Assembly (NCBI GenBank): GCA_013329045.1
Contig: DUKZ01000002.1
Coordinates: forward strand, 30,662-94,661
Length of the DNA: 64,000 nt
Direction: 5' to 3'
Source: Candidatus Woesearchaeota archaeon
Lineage (GTDB): Archaea; Nanobdellota; Nanobdellia; Woesearchaeales; UBA9989
Shown: positions 10,213-21,248 of the stretch, one piece after another
Position numbering within the stretch: the stretch's first letter is position 1
Layout of the letters: each line of letters begins with the position of its first letter
The notes under the pieces: model-generated
Seen by the model: only the letters and a program-made list of their open reading frames with translations
Databases searched by the model: none
What the model was told of the DNA's origin: nothing
Translations under genes and position numbers: made by a program

Positions 10213-11609
10213 TCCATGAATGTCCGATCCCAAAAATTAAAGATTTAGAATTCGTATATGATTCTGGAGAGTTTATTGGCCGTGCAGTAAGTAGAATTAA
10301 ACGAGGATCGATAAAATTAGATACGATTATTGAGCGGAATCGGGAACTCGAGGCTCTTCGGCAGATCATTAGTCAATATTTGCAAATCAACAATACCATC
10401 TTACCACCAGCAATACCAAGTGGTCGTTGGCCCTGGGAGCAAGCAGTAAGCGCAGTTAACACAAGGGCCCCTCCGGGATCTTATCTTGAAGAATTATGGA
10501 AAATGAATATTGGTCAATTATTGGATTATTTAGACCAGGTATCTAGAGAGATCCAAGCAGCATGGGAACCCATGACCAAAGAAACTAAACGGGCAATTGG
10601 GTTTGTAAGGACAGACAAGGATTGGCCATCAGGATATGGAAGAATGAGAAATCTTGCTTTTATTTCTAAGAATCATGGGCAAAAGTTGATCCAGATTCTA
10701 GCAAAGATACGGGGAACTAGTACTGGAAGCGAGAATACTGATTTTATATATGCTGCTTCAATCTGGCATCAATTATGGACATTATTTGCATTTGGGATAT
10801 GGCGTATAAATAAGATTAGGGAGGTATTCTGTGAAGAACTCGTCCATGGTGGAGCGCCTCCCCCCAAAATTCTTCAACCCAGCACCGTGGAGCTATCACC
10901 CTCAATCCCAACAATTCCTCTTTCCCCCGTAGATTCAGGTGATGATGAATGGACAACTATACTAAAGAGCGGTGGGAGGATACCAATAAGGGATGGGTTA
11001 CATGGCAGCAAATCAGATAGAAAATTCTATTTTCCTCAGGGAGCATGGATGAACTTCCCGGGAGAGCAGCCTGGCCTTGACACAGGTTGGAAGTTTCACA
11101 TCCTCACTGAATCTAGCGATGAACTCCTAGCACTTGGCCGTGTTCTCATACCTTTCTTTTGTTCTGAGGGATGGAACTTCAAAACAGCCGTGTCAATAGA
11201 TAAATTCAATGAATTTTTTGGTGATGAGGCAAACAAGCAGTTCGGCAAAGGGTTTGTTGTCTATATCGATGCCCCTAACCCTGCAGATATTGCAGAGGTG
11301 AAAACCATTGCTCACTCGATGAGGGAGAAGATAATCAAAAAGATTCAAGAAAGCGGTGTCGGCAAGCCAAAACATGAGGTAAAAGGAGACGCTCCTGTCC
11401 CAGGCGATCTGACTGGAAGGCTCTATCACAGATATGAGTTCACTTCGCCGGGGAGAGAGAAAAAGTATGAAGGGAACTACAGAAAAAATGATGGTAAACA
11501 TTATAATATCGAAGAAAATGAGGATATCTTTGAGGGTATTAATCATGAAAGATATCCATTAATTAGGGTATGGTTTTCACCTCCCAAGAACTGGATGGCA
11601 AGACCATAA
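10209..11609 (+). CDS. Hypothetical protein (466 aa)
   Basis: ATGA overlap with upstream stop; long ORF, no recognisable motif. Confidence 0.5.
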   Translation: MIHECPIPKIKDLEFVYDSGEFIGRAVSRIKRGSIKLDTIIERNRELEALRQIISQYLQINNTILPPAIPSGRWPWEQAVSAVNTRAPPGSYLEELWKMNIGQLLDYLDQVSREIQAAWEPMTKETKRAIGFVRTDKDWPSGYGRMRNLAFISKNHGQKLIQILAKIRGTSTGSENTDFIYAASIWHQLWTLFAFGIWRINKIREVFCEELVHGGAPPPKILQPSTVELSPSIPTIPLSPVDSGDDEWTTILKSGGRIPIRDGLHGSKSDRKFYFPQGAWMNFPGEQPGLDTGWKFHILTESSDELLALGRVLIPFFCSEGWNFKTAVSIDKFNEFFGDEANKQFGKGFVVYIDAPNPADIAEVKTIAHSMREKIIKKIQESGVGKPKHEVKGDAPVPGDLTGRLYHRYEFTSPGREKKYEGNYRKNDGKHYNIEENEDIFEGINHERYPLIRVWFSPPKNWMARP

Positions 11610-11635
11610 AAAGTATTAAAAAGGTGAAAAAGTAG

Positions 11636-12235
11636 GTGAGTAGAATGAAAGGAAGAATTATCCTCTACATGGGCATAACAGCAATCCCTTCCGTCTTTGC
11701 CTTCACTCCCCTGGCGATTGCCGGTGCTGGTGCTGGAGGCATTGGCGTATTGGTGGGCATTGCCTACCTCATTGCAAGAAGGAGCACGAAATCAAGAAAG
11801 CTTTCTGCTGACACTTCCCGCATGGATGACCATGGGAGAAGGTCGAGGCACTTGTCTCATGCTGCTGCAAAGGCAGCACAGACCGCTGCCGTTGACCCGA
11901 GGCAGGCTTCTTCCCTTGCAACAACATTGCAGGCCCAGATCACTCAATTCAACCAGATGGCTGCTTTGTTTGATAGGATGTATCACGAGGCAAACAATGT
12001 GCTGACAAGGAATCCTCAGTTGAGAAGTAGGTATAGCAGGCAGCTGGCGTTCATCACAGAAGGAAGAAGAAAGATCACTGATGCTCAAAAAATCATTCGT
12101 GATGCCCACACAGCCCTCTCGAAAAGAGAATACAATAGGTGCCAATCATTAACCCGGCAGCTCCAGAATTCCTGGCTCGTCAGTAATTGGGGTAAGGTAG
12201 AAAGTGCGTGTCGCGACATTGCAAATGCAAGATAG
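11636..12235 (+). CDS. N-terminally membrane-anchored helical protein (199 aa)
   Basis: Hydrophobic N-terminus (ILYMGITAIPSVFAFTPLAIAGAGAGGIGVLVGIAYLIA) followed by basic then helical Q/R-rich region; GGTGAG SD-like upstream. Confidence 0.45.
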   Translation: MSRMKGRIILYMGITAIPSVFAFTPLAIAGAGAGGIGVLVGIAYLIARRSTKSRKLSADTSRMDDHGRRSRHLSHAAAKAAQTAAVDPRQASSLATTLQAQITQFNQMAALFDRMYHEANNVLTRNPQLRSRYSRQLAFITEGRRKITDAQKIIRDAHTALSKREYNRCQSLTRQLQNSWLVSNWGKVESACRDIANAR

Positions 12236-12294
12236 AGAACCATAATGCTTAAATATGTTCAAAGTGAGAGGAAAAGAAAGGAGAAGGTGAGACA

Positions 12295-13266
12295 ATGATC
12301 ACAGGCTATCGGAGAAACGCATTTAGTTCACATCACTTAATTCGGCAGCTGCGCCATATCTGTTTTCGGCTCAGTGCTGATTTCAAGAATGAAAAAGGGG
12401 ACGAGCACAGGGTTATCACCGAGCTGGGGGATATGAAGGAGCAAGCGGCCGTCCTTTACACAAATAAGGATGCAAAGAAGAAGCAGGAAGCCTTGGAGAG
12501 ATTGAAGAGGAAGGCAAAGGATGATGAGAATGATTTTGCAGCGTTTGGCAAGGAGGTAGATGAGATTGCCCTCTTGATCAACCAGGCAGAAAAGGGTCTG
12601 GCAGCGATCATCTATCGGGAAAACGTCGAGATTGTCACAAAGAACAGAAGATTAGATGAGTTGATCGCACAGCACGAGATTCCCCCTCACCTCGCTCAGC
12701 AGGTAAAAGAGGCGCTCAGGGGGGTCTATGAAGATCTAAAAGGGATGGAAAGTGGCCAAAGAAAACACGCACGAAAGGCTGCAAGGGGCAAAGGATTTAT
12801 CATGTTCTCTTTTGTTAGTGATGGAAGGACTGCAAGGATTGTCAGGAAGGAAGGCCGCATCCTTGAAAATCTCGATGTGGAATATGGCAAAGAAGAAACT
12901 ATCCTTGAGATGGATATCCAGAAGCATGACATCCAGGGCATCCTAGACGTATATAATGCGATAATCCATATTCTTCAGAAAGAAGTCGACGAGGAAGGTG
13001 ACATGTTTGATTATCTAGACAGGGAGTTCCAGGATGACAAGAAGGATCTCGACAAGGTTTCTCAGATGCTGATGCGTGCGATGGGTGATGGGAACATCAA
13101 GCATTTCAGCGACCAGAATTCCCCGCAGGAGTTGAAGGAATTATGGAAGACATTGGAAACGTCCCGGGTGAATCTCAATAATGTCAGAGCCCACGTGACA
13201 AAGATCGGAAATGAAGCATACCGTAGAGCTCGCGCGGAAAGAAAGGAAGAAAAATTAGCTGCATAA
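12295..13266 (+). CDS. Hypothetical coiled-coil protein (323 aa)
   Basis: GGAGAAGGTGAGACA-ATG SD context; E/K-rich helical composition. Confidence 0.5.
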   Translation: MITGYRRNAFSSHHLIRQLRHICFRLSADFKNEKGDEHRVITELGDMKEQAAVLYTNKDAKKKQEALERLKRKAKDDENDFAAFGKEVDEIALLINQAEKGLAAIIYRENVEIVTKNRRLDELIAQHEIPPHLAQQVKEALRGVYEDLKGMESGQRKHARKAARGKGFIMFSFVSDGRTARIVRKEGRILENLDVEYGKEETILEMDIQKHDIQGILDVYNAIIHILQKEVDEEGDMFDYLDREFQDDKKDLDKVSQMLMRAMGDGNIKHFSDQNSPQELKELWKTLETSRVNLNNVRAHVTKIGNEAYRRARAERKEEKLAA

Positions 13267-13282
13267 AAAAGAGGTTGATCGC

Positions 13283-13990
13283 ATGAAGGTAGAACTTGAG
13301 AAAAAGCCACAGAATGTTATCATCGTTGAGGGCTTTCCAGGCTTTGGGCTTGTGGGAACAGTTGCTTCTGAATATCTCATTGAGCACCTAAAGGCTGAAT
13401 ACATCGGCCATTTATGGTTTGATGAATTGCCGGCAACAATCGCTGTCCACGCAGGAAAGATTATTCGCCCAATCGAGATCCACTACGCAAAAAAATACAA
13501 TATGGTAATAGTCCATTCGATCGCTTCTGGCCAGGGGATGGAATGGAAGATCTCAACACTGCTAAATGAGCTGGCAAAGACATTGAAGGCAAAAGAGATT
13601 TTTTCCCTTGAAGGTGTTGGCAGCCAGGAGGCAACAGAAAAGCCAAAAGTATATTTCTATTCAACTGATGAGAAGCGTGGAAAGATGCTCACCACTGCTG
13701 GGGTAAAATCACTCGATGAGGGGATCGTGATGGGTGTCACATCAGCAGTTCTTCTCAAGTCTCCATTGCCAACAACAGCATTGTTTGCAGAGACCCATAC
13801 TGCCTTGCCGGATTCAAAGGCCGCAGCAGAGATCATCAAGGTGCTTGATAAATTATTCAACTTAGGTATAGACATCAAACCGCTCATCGCGATGGCTGCC
13901 CAGTTTGAGGAGAAAGTTAAAGGTTTGATCCAGCAAAGCGAGGCAGCAGTTGATGGTGCGCAAAGGAAAAAACTCAGTTATGTAGGATAA
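13283..13990 (+). CDS. PAC2-family (proteasome assembly chaperone 2-like) protein
   Basis: N-terminal IVEGFPGFGLVGTVA matches the G-x-PG-x-G-x-VG-x-x-A signature of PAC2/PbaA-like proteins; GAGGT SD upstream. Confidence 0.5.
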   Translation: MKVELEKKPQNVIIVEGFPGFGLVGTVASEYLIEHLKAEYIGHLWFDELPATIAVHAGKIIRPIEIHYAKKYNMVIVHSIASGQGMEWKISTLLNELAKTLKAKEIFSLEGVGSQEATEKPKVYFYSTDEKRGKMLTTAGVKSLDEGIVMGVTSAVLLKSPLPTTALFAETHTALPDSKAAAEIIKVLDKLFNLGIDIKPLIAMAAQFEEKVKGLIQQSEAAVDGAQRKKLSYVG

Positions 13991-14199
13991 ATCATGACAA
14001 GCTCGCAGACAGGATTCGTGAAGTAAGATTAAGGGGCATTCAAGATCAGCAAGGGCGCGAGTTTGAAAGGGGATATAAGCACGCATTTGATTATACAGAA
14101 CCCCATGATCTTAATCGTCTTCTTCAGGAATTAGAAAGGTGGTCCCCTGCAGAAGTTGCAGCAAACCCCTATGAGAAGGGAAGGGTTGTTGGCGCCGCG

Positions 14200-15243
14200 A
14201 TGCGCATGATAGAACATGTGATATCCCGTGAAGGCAAGATTATGGATCATGAGATTGATGCCATTTGGAAATTGATTGGCCTTGCAGGGATGCAGAGTGA
14301 CGAGAGGATCAGGGAGTTCTTTCGGTCAGCGATTGAACATCAAAAGATCATGGCCGTGAAGTTAGCAAAGCTCAGGTCTCAACTCCTGGAACTTGATGGA
14401 GAATTAGAGCCCCTCATCGAGAAGAGCATCCAGTACCAGGAAAGGGCAACATTCGACCATCATTTCAGGCAAGCATCAAAGGAGTATCGAGAATTATCCG
14501 GCCACCCCCTAAAAGAACGTCTCCAAGAATTAAATGCCTTTCTTGAAGAGAAGATAAGAGAAGAGGGCGACAGGGTAAGGACTGACCCAATAGTTATGGG
14601 AATGGTCATTGGTGCAGCGCATGGGTTATATTTTAGGGCAACAGAACACGCTGTCTCGATAAATCATGATGTATTCGAGCTTTTATGGAGAATGCTCAAG
14701 CATATGAAATTAGAAACCTTTCACCCAATTGTCCGAAGGCTGCAGACATTGATAGAAAAAGATCTCATCTCAGAGGATGCACTTGAAAAGAAGAGAAGCG
14801 AGCTCGAACGGCTCGGGGGTAATATCCCATATCTGATAAGGGAAAGATTCAGGAAGAGGGTCGCAAGTGATTTTGATCGGGGTTATGATCATGCTTATCA
14901 GAAATTATCAAAAGCCCGTTATCATGATGAAGTATTTATTGAGACATTCAATTTCATAAGGTCAAATGGAGGCCCTTTTGTTGAGGGATGCAAGATAGGC
15001 TTGATCGTCTGGGTATTTGAGCATTGTGCAACGTACCCAAATCAGCTGGTGATGTATGTTGATAAGGTTATTGTGTTATTATCAATGATTTATGTGGGGG
15101 AAGGTCAGAGCAGGGAGGGGGTATTGGATAAACGGATAAAAGATGCATTGGAGAGGATGCTCCACCGCGCAGCGACAGAGTATACCCACCCAGATTTTCT
15201 AGGTGCTCTCGGAAAGATTCAGCATTTTCTAGAATCAAGATGA
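14200..15243 (+). CDS. Hypothetical helical protein (347 aa)
   Basis: Long ORF, E/R/K-rich; upstream 209 nt in the same frame is open but lacks ATG/GTG/TTG. Confidence 0.5.
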   Translation: MRMIEHVISREGKIMDHEIDAIWKLIGLAGMQSDERIREFFRSAIEHQKIMAVKLAKLRSQLLELDGELEPLIEKSIQYQERATFDHHFRQASKEYRELSGHPLKERLQELNAFLEEKIREEGDRVRTDPIVMGMVIGAAHGLYFRATEHAVSINHDVFELLWRMLKHMKLETFHPIVRRLQTLIEKDLISEDALEKKRSELERLGGNIPYLIRERFRKRVASDFDRGYDHAYQKLSKARYHDEVFIETFNFIRSNGGPFVEGCKIGLIVWVFEHCATYPNQLVMYVDKVIVLLSMIYVGEGQSREGVLDKRIKDALERMLHRAATEYTHPDFLGALGKIQHFLESR

Positions 15244-15354
15244 AAGAGAGCTAACATATGATATGGGGATTTTACAAAATATAGTTTCTAAGACATATTA
15301 GTTTATAAATATAATTAACACTACTAATAAATAACAACATAAGAGGGTACCATC

Positions 15355-15549
15355 ATGAACATCATAAAAAGATCATTTCGGGCTGTAAAAGGAGACCTTT
15401 TTCAGTTCAAGAAGCGCTGCGACGACTGGTTTTTCTTCCTGCACAACAATCAGGAGAATATGAAAGCCAGGATCGCCGCATTAGAGCAGCAGGTCAATGA
15501 ACTGCAAAAGAAGAAGGATGACCCTGTCGTCGTCTATACCTATAAATAG
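15355..15549 (+). CDS. Small protein with coiled-coil segment (64 aa), upstream of groES
   Basis: AAGAGGGT SD 7 nt upstream of ATG; C-terminal heptad-like region (ARIAALEQQVNELQKKK). Confidence 0.3.
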   Translation: MNIIKRSFRAVKGDLFQFKKRCDDWFFFLHNNQENMKARIAALEQQVNELQKKKDDPVVVYTYK

Positions 15550-15640
15550 GAAGATACCTATAGTAGGAAGACAAGAGTAATTCTTAATGACCAGAAATGC
15601 TTTGTCAATTTAAGCTCCATCTGGTCAACCTTATATCAAC

Positions 15641-15657
15641 AAGGGAAAAATTTTTAT
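15641..15657 (+). promoter_or_regulatory. Archaeal BRE/TATA-like promoter for groES-groEL
   Basis: GGAAAAATTTTTATACC about 50 bp upstream of groES ATG, leaving a short leader carrying GGGGGT SD. Confidence 0.4.
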
Positions 15658-15707
15658 ACCAGGACATTCTTCCCCACACAACAAAAATCTCAAAGGGGGT
15701 TGAAACA

Positions 15708-15971
15708 ATGATAAAACCATTGCATGATAGAGTATTGTTAAAGATTAAAGAAGAGGAAGAAAAAACTTCTGGCGGCATCTATTTGCCAGCGTCAGCTAGG
15801 GATGATGATATTCAAGAGGCAGAAGTCATCAGTGTTGGTGAATTAAAAATTCTTAAGCTCAAATCCGGAGACAAGGTTCTCGTTGAAAAGCACGCAGGGA
15901 CCGAACTCAAGATCGACGGGAAAAAGCACCTTCTCGTCAAGGAAGATCGCATCATCGCACAGGTTAATTAG
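15708..15971 (+). CDS. groES: Co-chaperonin GroES (Hsp10)
   Basis: MIKPLHDRVLLKIKEEEEKTSGGIYLP...GDKVLV pattern typical of Cpn10; GGGGGT SD 8 nt upstream. Confidence 0.9.
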   Translation: MIKPLHDRVLLKIKEEEEKTSGGIYLPASARDDDIQEAEVISVGELKILKLKSGDKVLVEKHAGTELKIDGKKHLLVKEDRIIAQVN

Positions 15972-17615
<1,644 letters not shown>

Positions 17616-17617
17616 AG

Positions 17618-17660
17618 CCCAATTTTTTGTTTTTTATATATTTTTCGTTCATTAGTTTCC
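17618..17660 (+). terminator. Oligo-T rich archaeal-type terminator after groEL
   Basis: AATTTTTTGTTTTTTATATATTTTTCGTTC immediately after stop. Confidence 0.4.
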
Positions 17661-17744
17661 CTTTTCTATTTCTTAATGAAACAGAAGGTATAAGAATGTC
17701 CCGATCACTATCCCATGATCATTAAAAACGTGGAGGTAATTGCC

Positions 17745-18254
17745 ATGAAAGCAATCGTGATTATTGCACAAAAAGGATTCCAGGATACGGAATATGAAAA
17801 GACAACTGAAGTGTTGAAGAAAGGCGGTGTGCAGGTGACTGTCGCATCGCAGACAACAGATATTGCCACAGGCAAGGTCAAGGCAAAAGTCACTCCGGAT
17901 ATTGCCGTCTCGAAGGCATCGGTCAAAGACTATGACGCGGTGGTCATCATCGGCGGTCCCGGGACTGATTCGCTCGCAGCAGACGCTAGTGTCATTAGCC
18001 TTGTCAAGGACGCAAGGAAGATGGGAAAGACGGTAGCCGCAATCTGCATTGCTCCAATAATCCTGGCAAAGGCTGGCATCCTTCAGGGAAGGAAGGCAAC
18101 GGTCTTCTCTACAGGAAGAAAAGAGATTGAAGCGGGAGGGGCCATATATCAGCTCAGTGATGTTGTTATTGATAAGGGTGTCATCACCGGTTCTGGACCT
18201 GAGGCGTCAACCAAGTTCGGAGAAGCGATCGTCAAGGCGTTGAAAGGCGGATAA
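17745..18254 (+). CDS. DJ-1/PfpI (ThiJ) family protein
   Basis: MKAIVIIAQKGFQDTEYE...AVVIIGGPG...AICIAPIILAKAG (Cys nucleophile elbow); GGAGGT SD. Confidence 0.8.
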   Translation: MKAIVIIAQKGFQDTEYEKTTEVLKKGGVQVTVASQTTDIATGKVKAKVTPDIAVSKASVKDYDAVVIIGGPGTDSLAADASVISLVKDARKMGKTVAAICIAPIILAKAGILQGRKATVFSTGRKEIEAGGAIYQLSDVVIDKGVITGSGPEASTKFGEAIVKALKGG

Positions 18255-18285
18255 GGTTTAAATAGCCTTTCTTCTTTTTTCTTTA

Positions 18286-19758
18286 TTGACTATGCATCAA
18301 ATTCAATATGGTATCTCAGGGATCAGGGGGGATTCAACATATTTTACAGAACCAGTCATAAGGAGCATTGTTTCTCAATTTTGCCAGATGATCAAGGATC
18401 GTCCAACGCAAACAAATCGCCCGTATGTATTGGCAGGGCATGATTCTAGAGAGAGCGGACCAGGGATTCTTCATCACACCCGTCATGCATTGGCTGATGC
18501 AGGAATAGACTTTGATCCGGTAGGTGTTATCCCAACACCAACCTTGCAGTATGCAAGAAGACATGCAGATGGTGTTATTGTCATTTCAGCATCTCATAAC
18601 CCCCCAGAAGAGAATGGGTATAAACTGGTGCTCAGGGAGGGTGGATTTATCGATTGCACAAGATTTGGGTATGATGATCCCATAACCTCATCAAGAGGGA
18701 GTGGAGTGCAGAGGGATGAAATCCGCCGAGACAGACTAATACAGGAGCATGGACAGGCAATCCTTCATCATCATCTCATGATCGGTTATGAGGATGACCG
18801 CTTAGCATTTGAAAGCAAAAGAAATCCTTTGAGGGTGGTAGTGGATGCTTGCAACGGCGCTGGGTGTGTGATGGATGCGCGGTTCCTTGAATCGCTCGGA
18901 TTCGGGGAAAATCTTTGGATGATCAATAATGATTACAACGAAGGGCTCACGCATGGGCCTTCTAGCTCATCATTGGTTCCATCTCCAGAGAACCTGGAAG
19001 ATCTCGCCTGGAAAGTCAGGGAGGTTGGTGCGGATATCGGTTTTTCCCAGGATCCAGATGCTGACAGGTTGGGTTTTGTGACAAGGGATGGCCCCATATC
19101 TGAGGAATACCTTTTGCCTTTGCTTATGGCATCCATTCTTGATGAGGGAAGGATTGATGGGAATATTGTGACAAACATTGCGACGAGCAGGATGGTAGAG
19201 AGTGTGGTGTCATCTTTTGCTGATCTCTATGGATATTCAGATGAGCTGTGTGTGAGGAGGACTCCTGTTGGAGAGAAGAATATCATTGGAGGTATGGATG
19301 AGCAGACCATTATTGGAGGAGAAGGCTCTGGGGGCATCATCCTCCCCGGCCTGGGTTCTGGCAGGGATAGTTTTGCTGCGATGGCATTGATGATCAGGCT
19401 TCTCTGGCAGCATCCAGAAGAGGACATCCCTCAATTGATCGATAGGTATATCCCAAGCCCAATGATATTCGGAAAAAGACAAATAAGAGTGACAGCGCCA
19501 GTTTCGTATGATGCAGTAAGAGATATGGTCAGCAGATCATTTCCAGAGGCAGTCATTGAAGACTATACAGATGGCGTCTGGGCAATAGTCCCTGAGGAGG
19601 ATATACGGTTTGGTATAAGAAAATCAAATACCGAGCCCATGCTCAGGCTTGTGGTTGAGGCTGTCTCGCAGGGCCTTGTGCAAAAGTATCTTTCCCGTCT
19701 TGTCCATCATGTCGAAGGAAATCATTCACGCCGTCAAGGAGCCGTTGCTCATCATTGA
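18286..19758 (+). CDS. Phosphohexomutase (phosphoglucomutase/phosphomannomutase/GlmM-like)
   Basis: Active-site loop ISASHNPPEENGYKL; metal-binding DPDADRLG; sugar-binding GGEGSGG; C-terminal RKSNTEPMLRLVVEA. Confidence 0.8.
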   Translation: MTMHQIQYGISGIRGDSTYFTEPVIRSIVSQFCQMIKDRPTQTNRPYVLAGHDSRESGPGILHHTRHALADAGIDFDPVGVIPTPTLQYARRHADGVIVISASHNPPEENGYKLVLREGGFIDCTRFGYDDPITSSRGSGVQRDEIRRDRLIQEHGQAILHHHLMIGYEDDRLAFESKRNPLRVVVDACNGAGCVMDARFLESLGFGENLWMINNDYNEGLTHGPSSSSLVPSPENLEDLAWKVREVGADIGFSQDPDADRLGFVTRDGPISEEYLLPLLMASILDEGRIDGNIVTNIATSRMVESVVSSFADLYGYSDELCVRRTPVGEKNIIGGMDEQTIIGGEGSGGIILPGLGSGRDSFAAMALMIRLLWQHPEEDIPQLIDRYIPSPMIFGKRQIRVTAPVSYDAVRDMVSRSFPEAVIEDYTDGVWAIVPEEDIRFGIRKSNTEPMLRLVVEAVSQGLVQKYLSRLVHHVEGNHSRRQGAVAHH

Positions 19759-20656
19759 TCTTTCCAAGCGCTATTCGTACTCGTTTTCCTCCATCAACTC
19801 GTTTCGTGAATTGTATGAGATATTCTTTTAATGATCTATCTTTTTGCAAAAGGTGTTTTTTTGCAAGGTCAGTATATCTCATGTAATCTATGAGCCGTTC
19901 TTTGATCGTTTGAGAGGGAAGCAATTTCCCGCTCGAAAGGTAAGTGCTTACCTGTTGGAAGAAGAAGGGATTTCCAATCGCTCCCCGCGCAATCATCACG
20001 CAGTCACAGGATGTTTGCTTGAGCATAATCTTGACAGATTCTGGGGTGAGAAGGTCTCCATTCCCGATGACGGGGATATGAAGTGATTGTTTGATGTCCG
20101 TAATCAGGCTCAGATCTGCAGGGACATCATATGTTTGCCGTTGGGTGCGGGGATGAATGGCTAATGCTGCAATGCCTGTTTTTTCCAGTTTTTTTGCAAG
20201 GTCAATGGTCGATTTTTTTTCCCGTGCAGCAACCCTCCTCATCTTCACCGTCACCGGTTTCCTTGTTGCGCTTACCATCGCTCGAACGCATTTCAAGAGC
20301 AAATCAGGATCCTTTAGCAACTCCGCACCGCACCCCTGCTTGTTTACATGATCAGCAGGACATCCCGCATTCAGGTCAAAGAGGTCTGCTTTTGCCTCAA
20401 GCATGAATACTGCCTTCCTGAGCGATGCAGGGCAGTTTCCTTCAAGCTGGATGCCATAAGGATGTTCTGAAGGAATTGAGTGCGCCAGCCGAAGGCTTGC
20501 CTCATTTTCCCGGATGAGAGCTTCGGCCGATACCATCTGGGAAAATGTCATCGCAGCTCCATATTCCCTGCAGAGAAGCCGGAAAGGAAGGTTTGTCACA
20601 TCGCACATTGGTGCGAGAATCAATGGGTTCTTGAGAGGGATAGTGCCAATCTTCAT
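19643..20656 (-). CDS. tRNA-dihydrouridine synthase (Dus family)
   Basis: LAPMCDVTNLPFRLLCREYGA, DLNAGCP motifs of Dus TIM-barrel; 3' end overlaps phosphohexomutase 3' end by 116 nt (convergent). Confidence 0.75.
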   Translation of the reverse strand: MKIGTIPLKNPLILAPMCDVTNLPFRLLCREYGAAMTFSQMVSAEALIRENEASLRLAHSIPSEHPYGIQLEGNCPASLRKAVFMLEAKADLFDLNAGCPADHVNKQGCGAELLKDPDLLLKCVRAMVSATRKPVTVKMRRVAAREKKSTIDLAKKLEKTGIAALAIHPRTQRQTYDVPADLSLITDIKQSLHIPVIGNGDLLTPESVKIMLKQTSCDCVMIARGAIGNPFFFQQVSTYLSSGKLLPSQTIKERLIDYMRYTDLAKKHLLQKDRSLKEYLIQFTKRVDGGKRVRIALGKINDEQRLLDGVNDFLRHDGQDGKDTFAQGPARQPQPQA

Positions 20657-21051
20657 GGTAGCGCATGTGCATCTTTCAGGATGTTTTTCACAGTATCAAA
20701 CGTCAGCTGCGCTAGCGCTTCCTCAAACAGCATCCATACTGCGCCTGTATGCTCATCCGATAAGGTCACTTTTTTTTCTGTGGTCTCTCCAGCAAAGAAG
20801 AATACCTGTTTGTGATGGTGTTTCCCAGAACTCTCAAAAACGTATTCTATTCGTTCCTTGAATGGTTTTAGGGTAAGCTGGGTGATGCCTGTTTCCTCTC
20901 GCACTTCCCGTTTCATCGCCTCTTCAAGGCTCTCTCCTTCCTCCACATGGCCTTTGGGTAAGTCCCAATGCCCTTCTTCATAATGCAACAATAGATAATA
21001 CCGTTTTCCCTGTTCCACCCGATAGATCACTGCGCCAGCTGATGTCTCCAT
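20653..21051 (-). CDS. Nudix hydrolase
   Basis: Nudix box GHVEEGESLEEAMKREVREETGI; 4-nt overlap with dus start. Confidence 0.8.
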   Translation of the reverse strand: METSAGAVIYRVEQGKRYYLLLHYEEGHWDLPKGHVEEGESLEEAMKREVREETGITQLTLKPFKERIEYVFESSGKHHHKQVFFFAGETTEKKVTLSDEHTGAVWMLFEEALAQLTFDTVKNILKDAHALP

Positions 21052-21248
21052 TACTTTTTCACTTTTTTTTCTTTTGCAAATTTTTCGTGCACAGGGATGT
21101 CGGATTCATCGAGTTCAAAGACTTCTTCCCACTGTTCCTCTTCCCGCTGCTCTTCTTCCTTGTTCATGAGAAGGATTGAAGCGGGGTAGAATAAATAAGT
21201 ATCGATCGAAAATATAAAGATGAGAGAATAAGAGAAGACAACAAAGGG

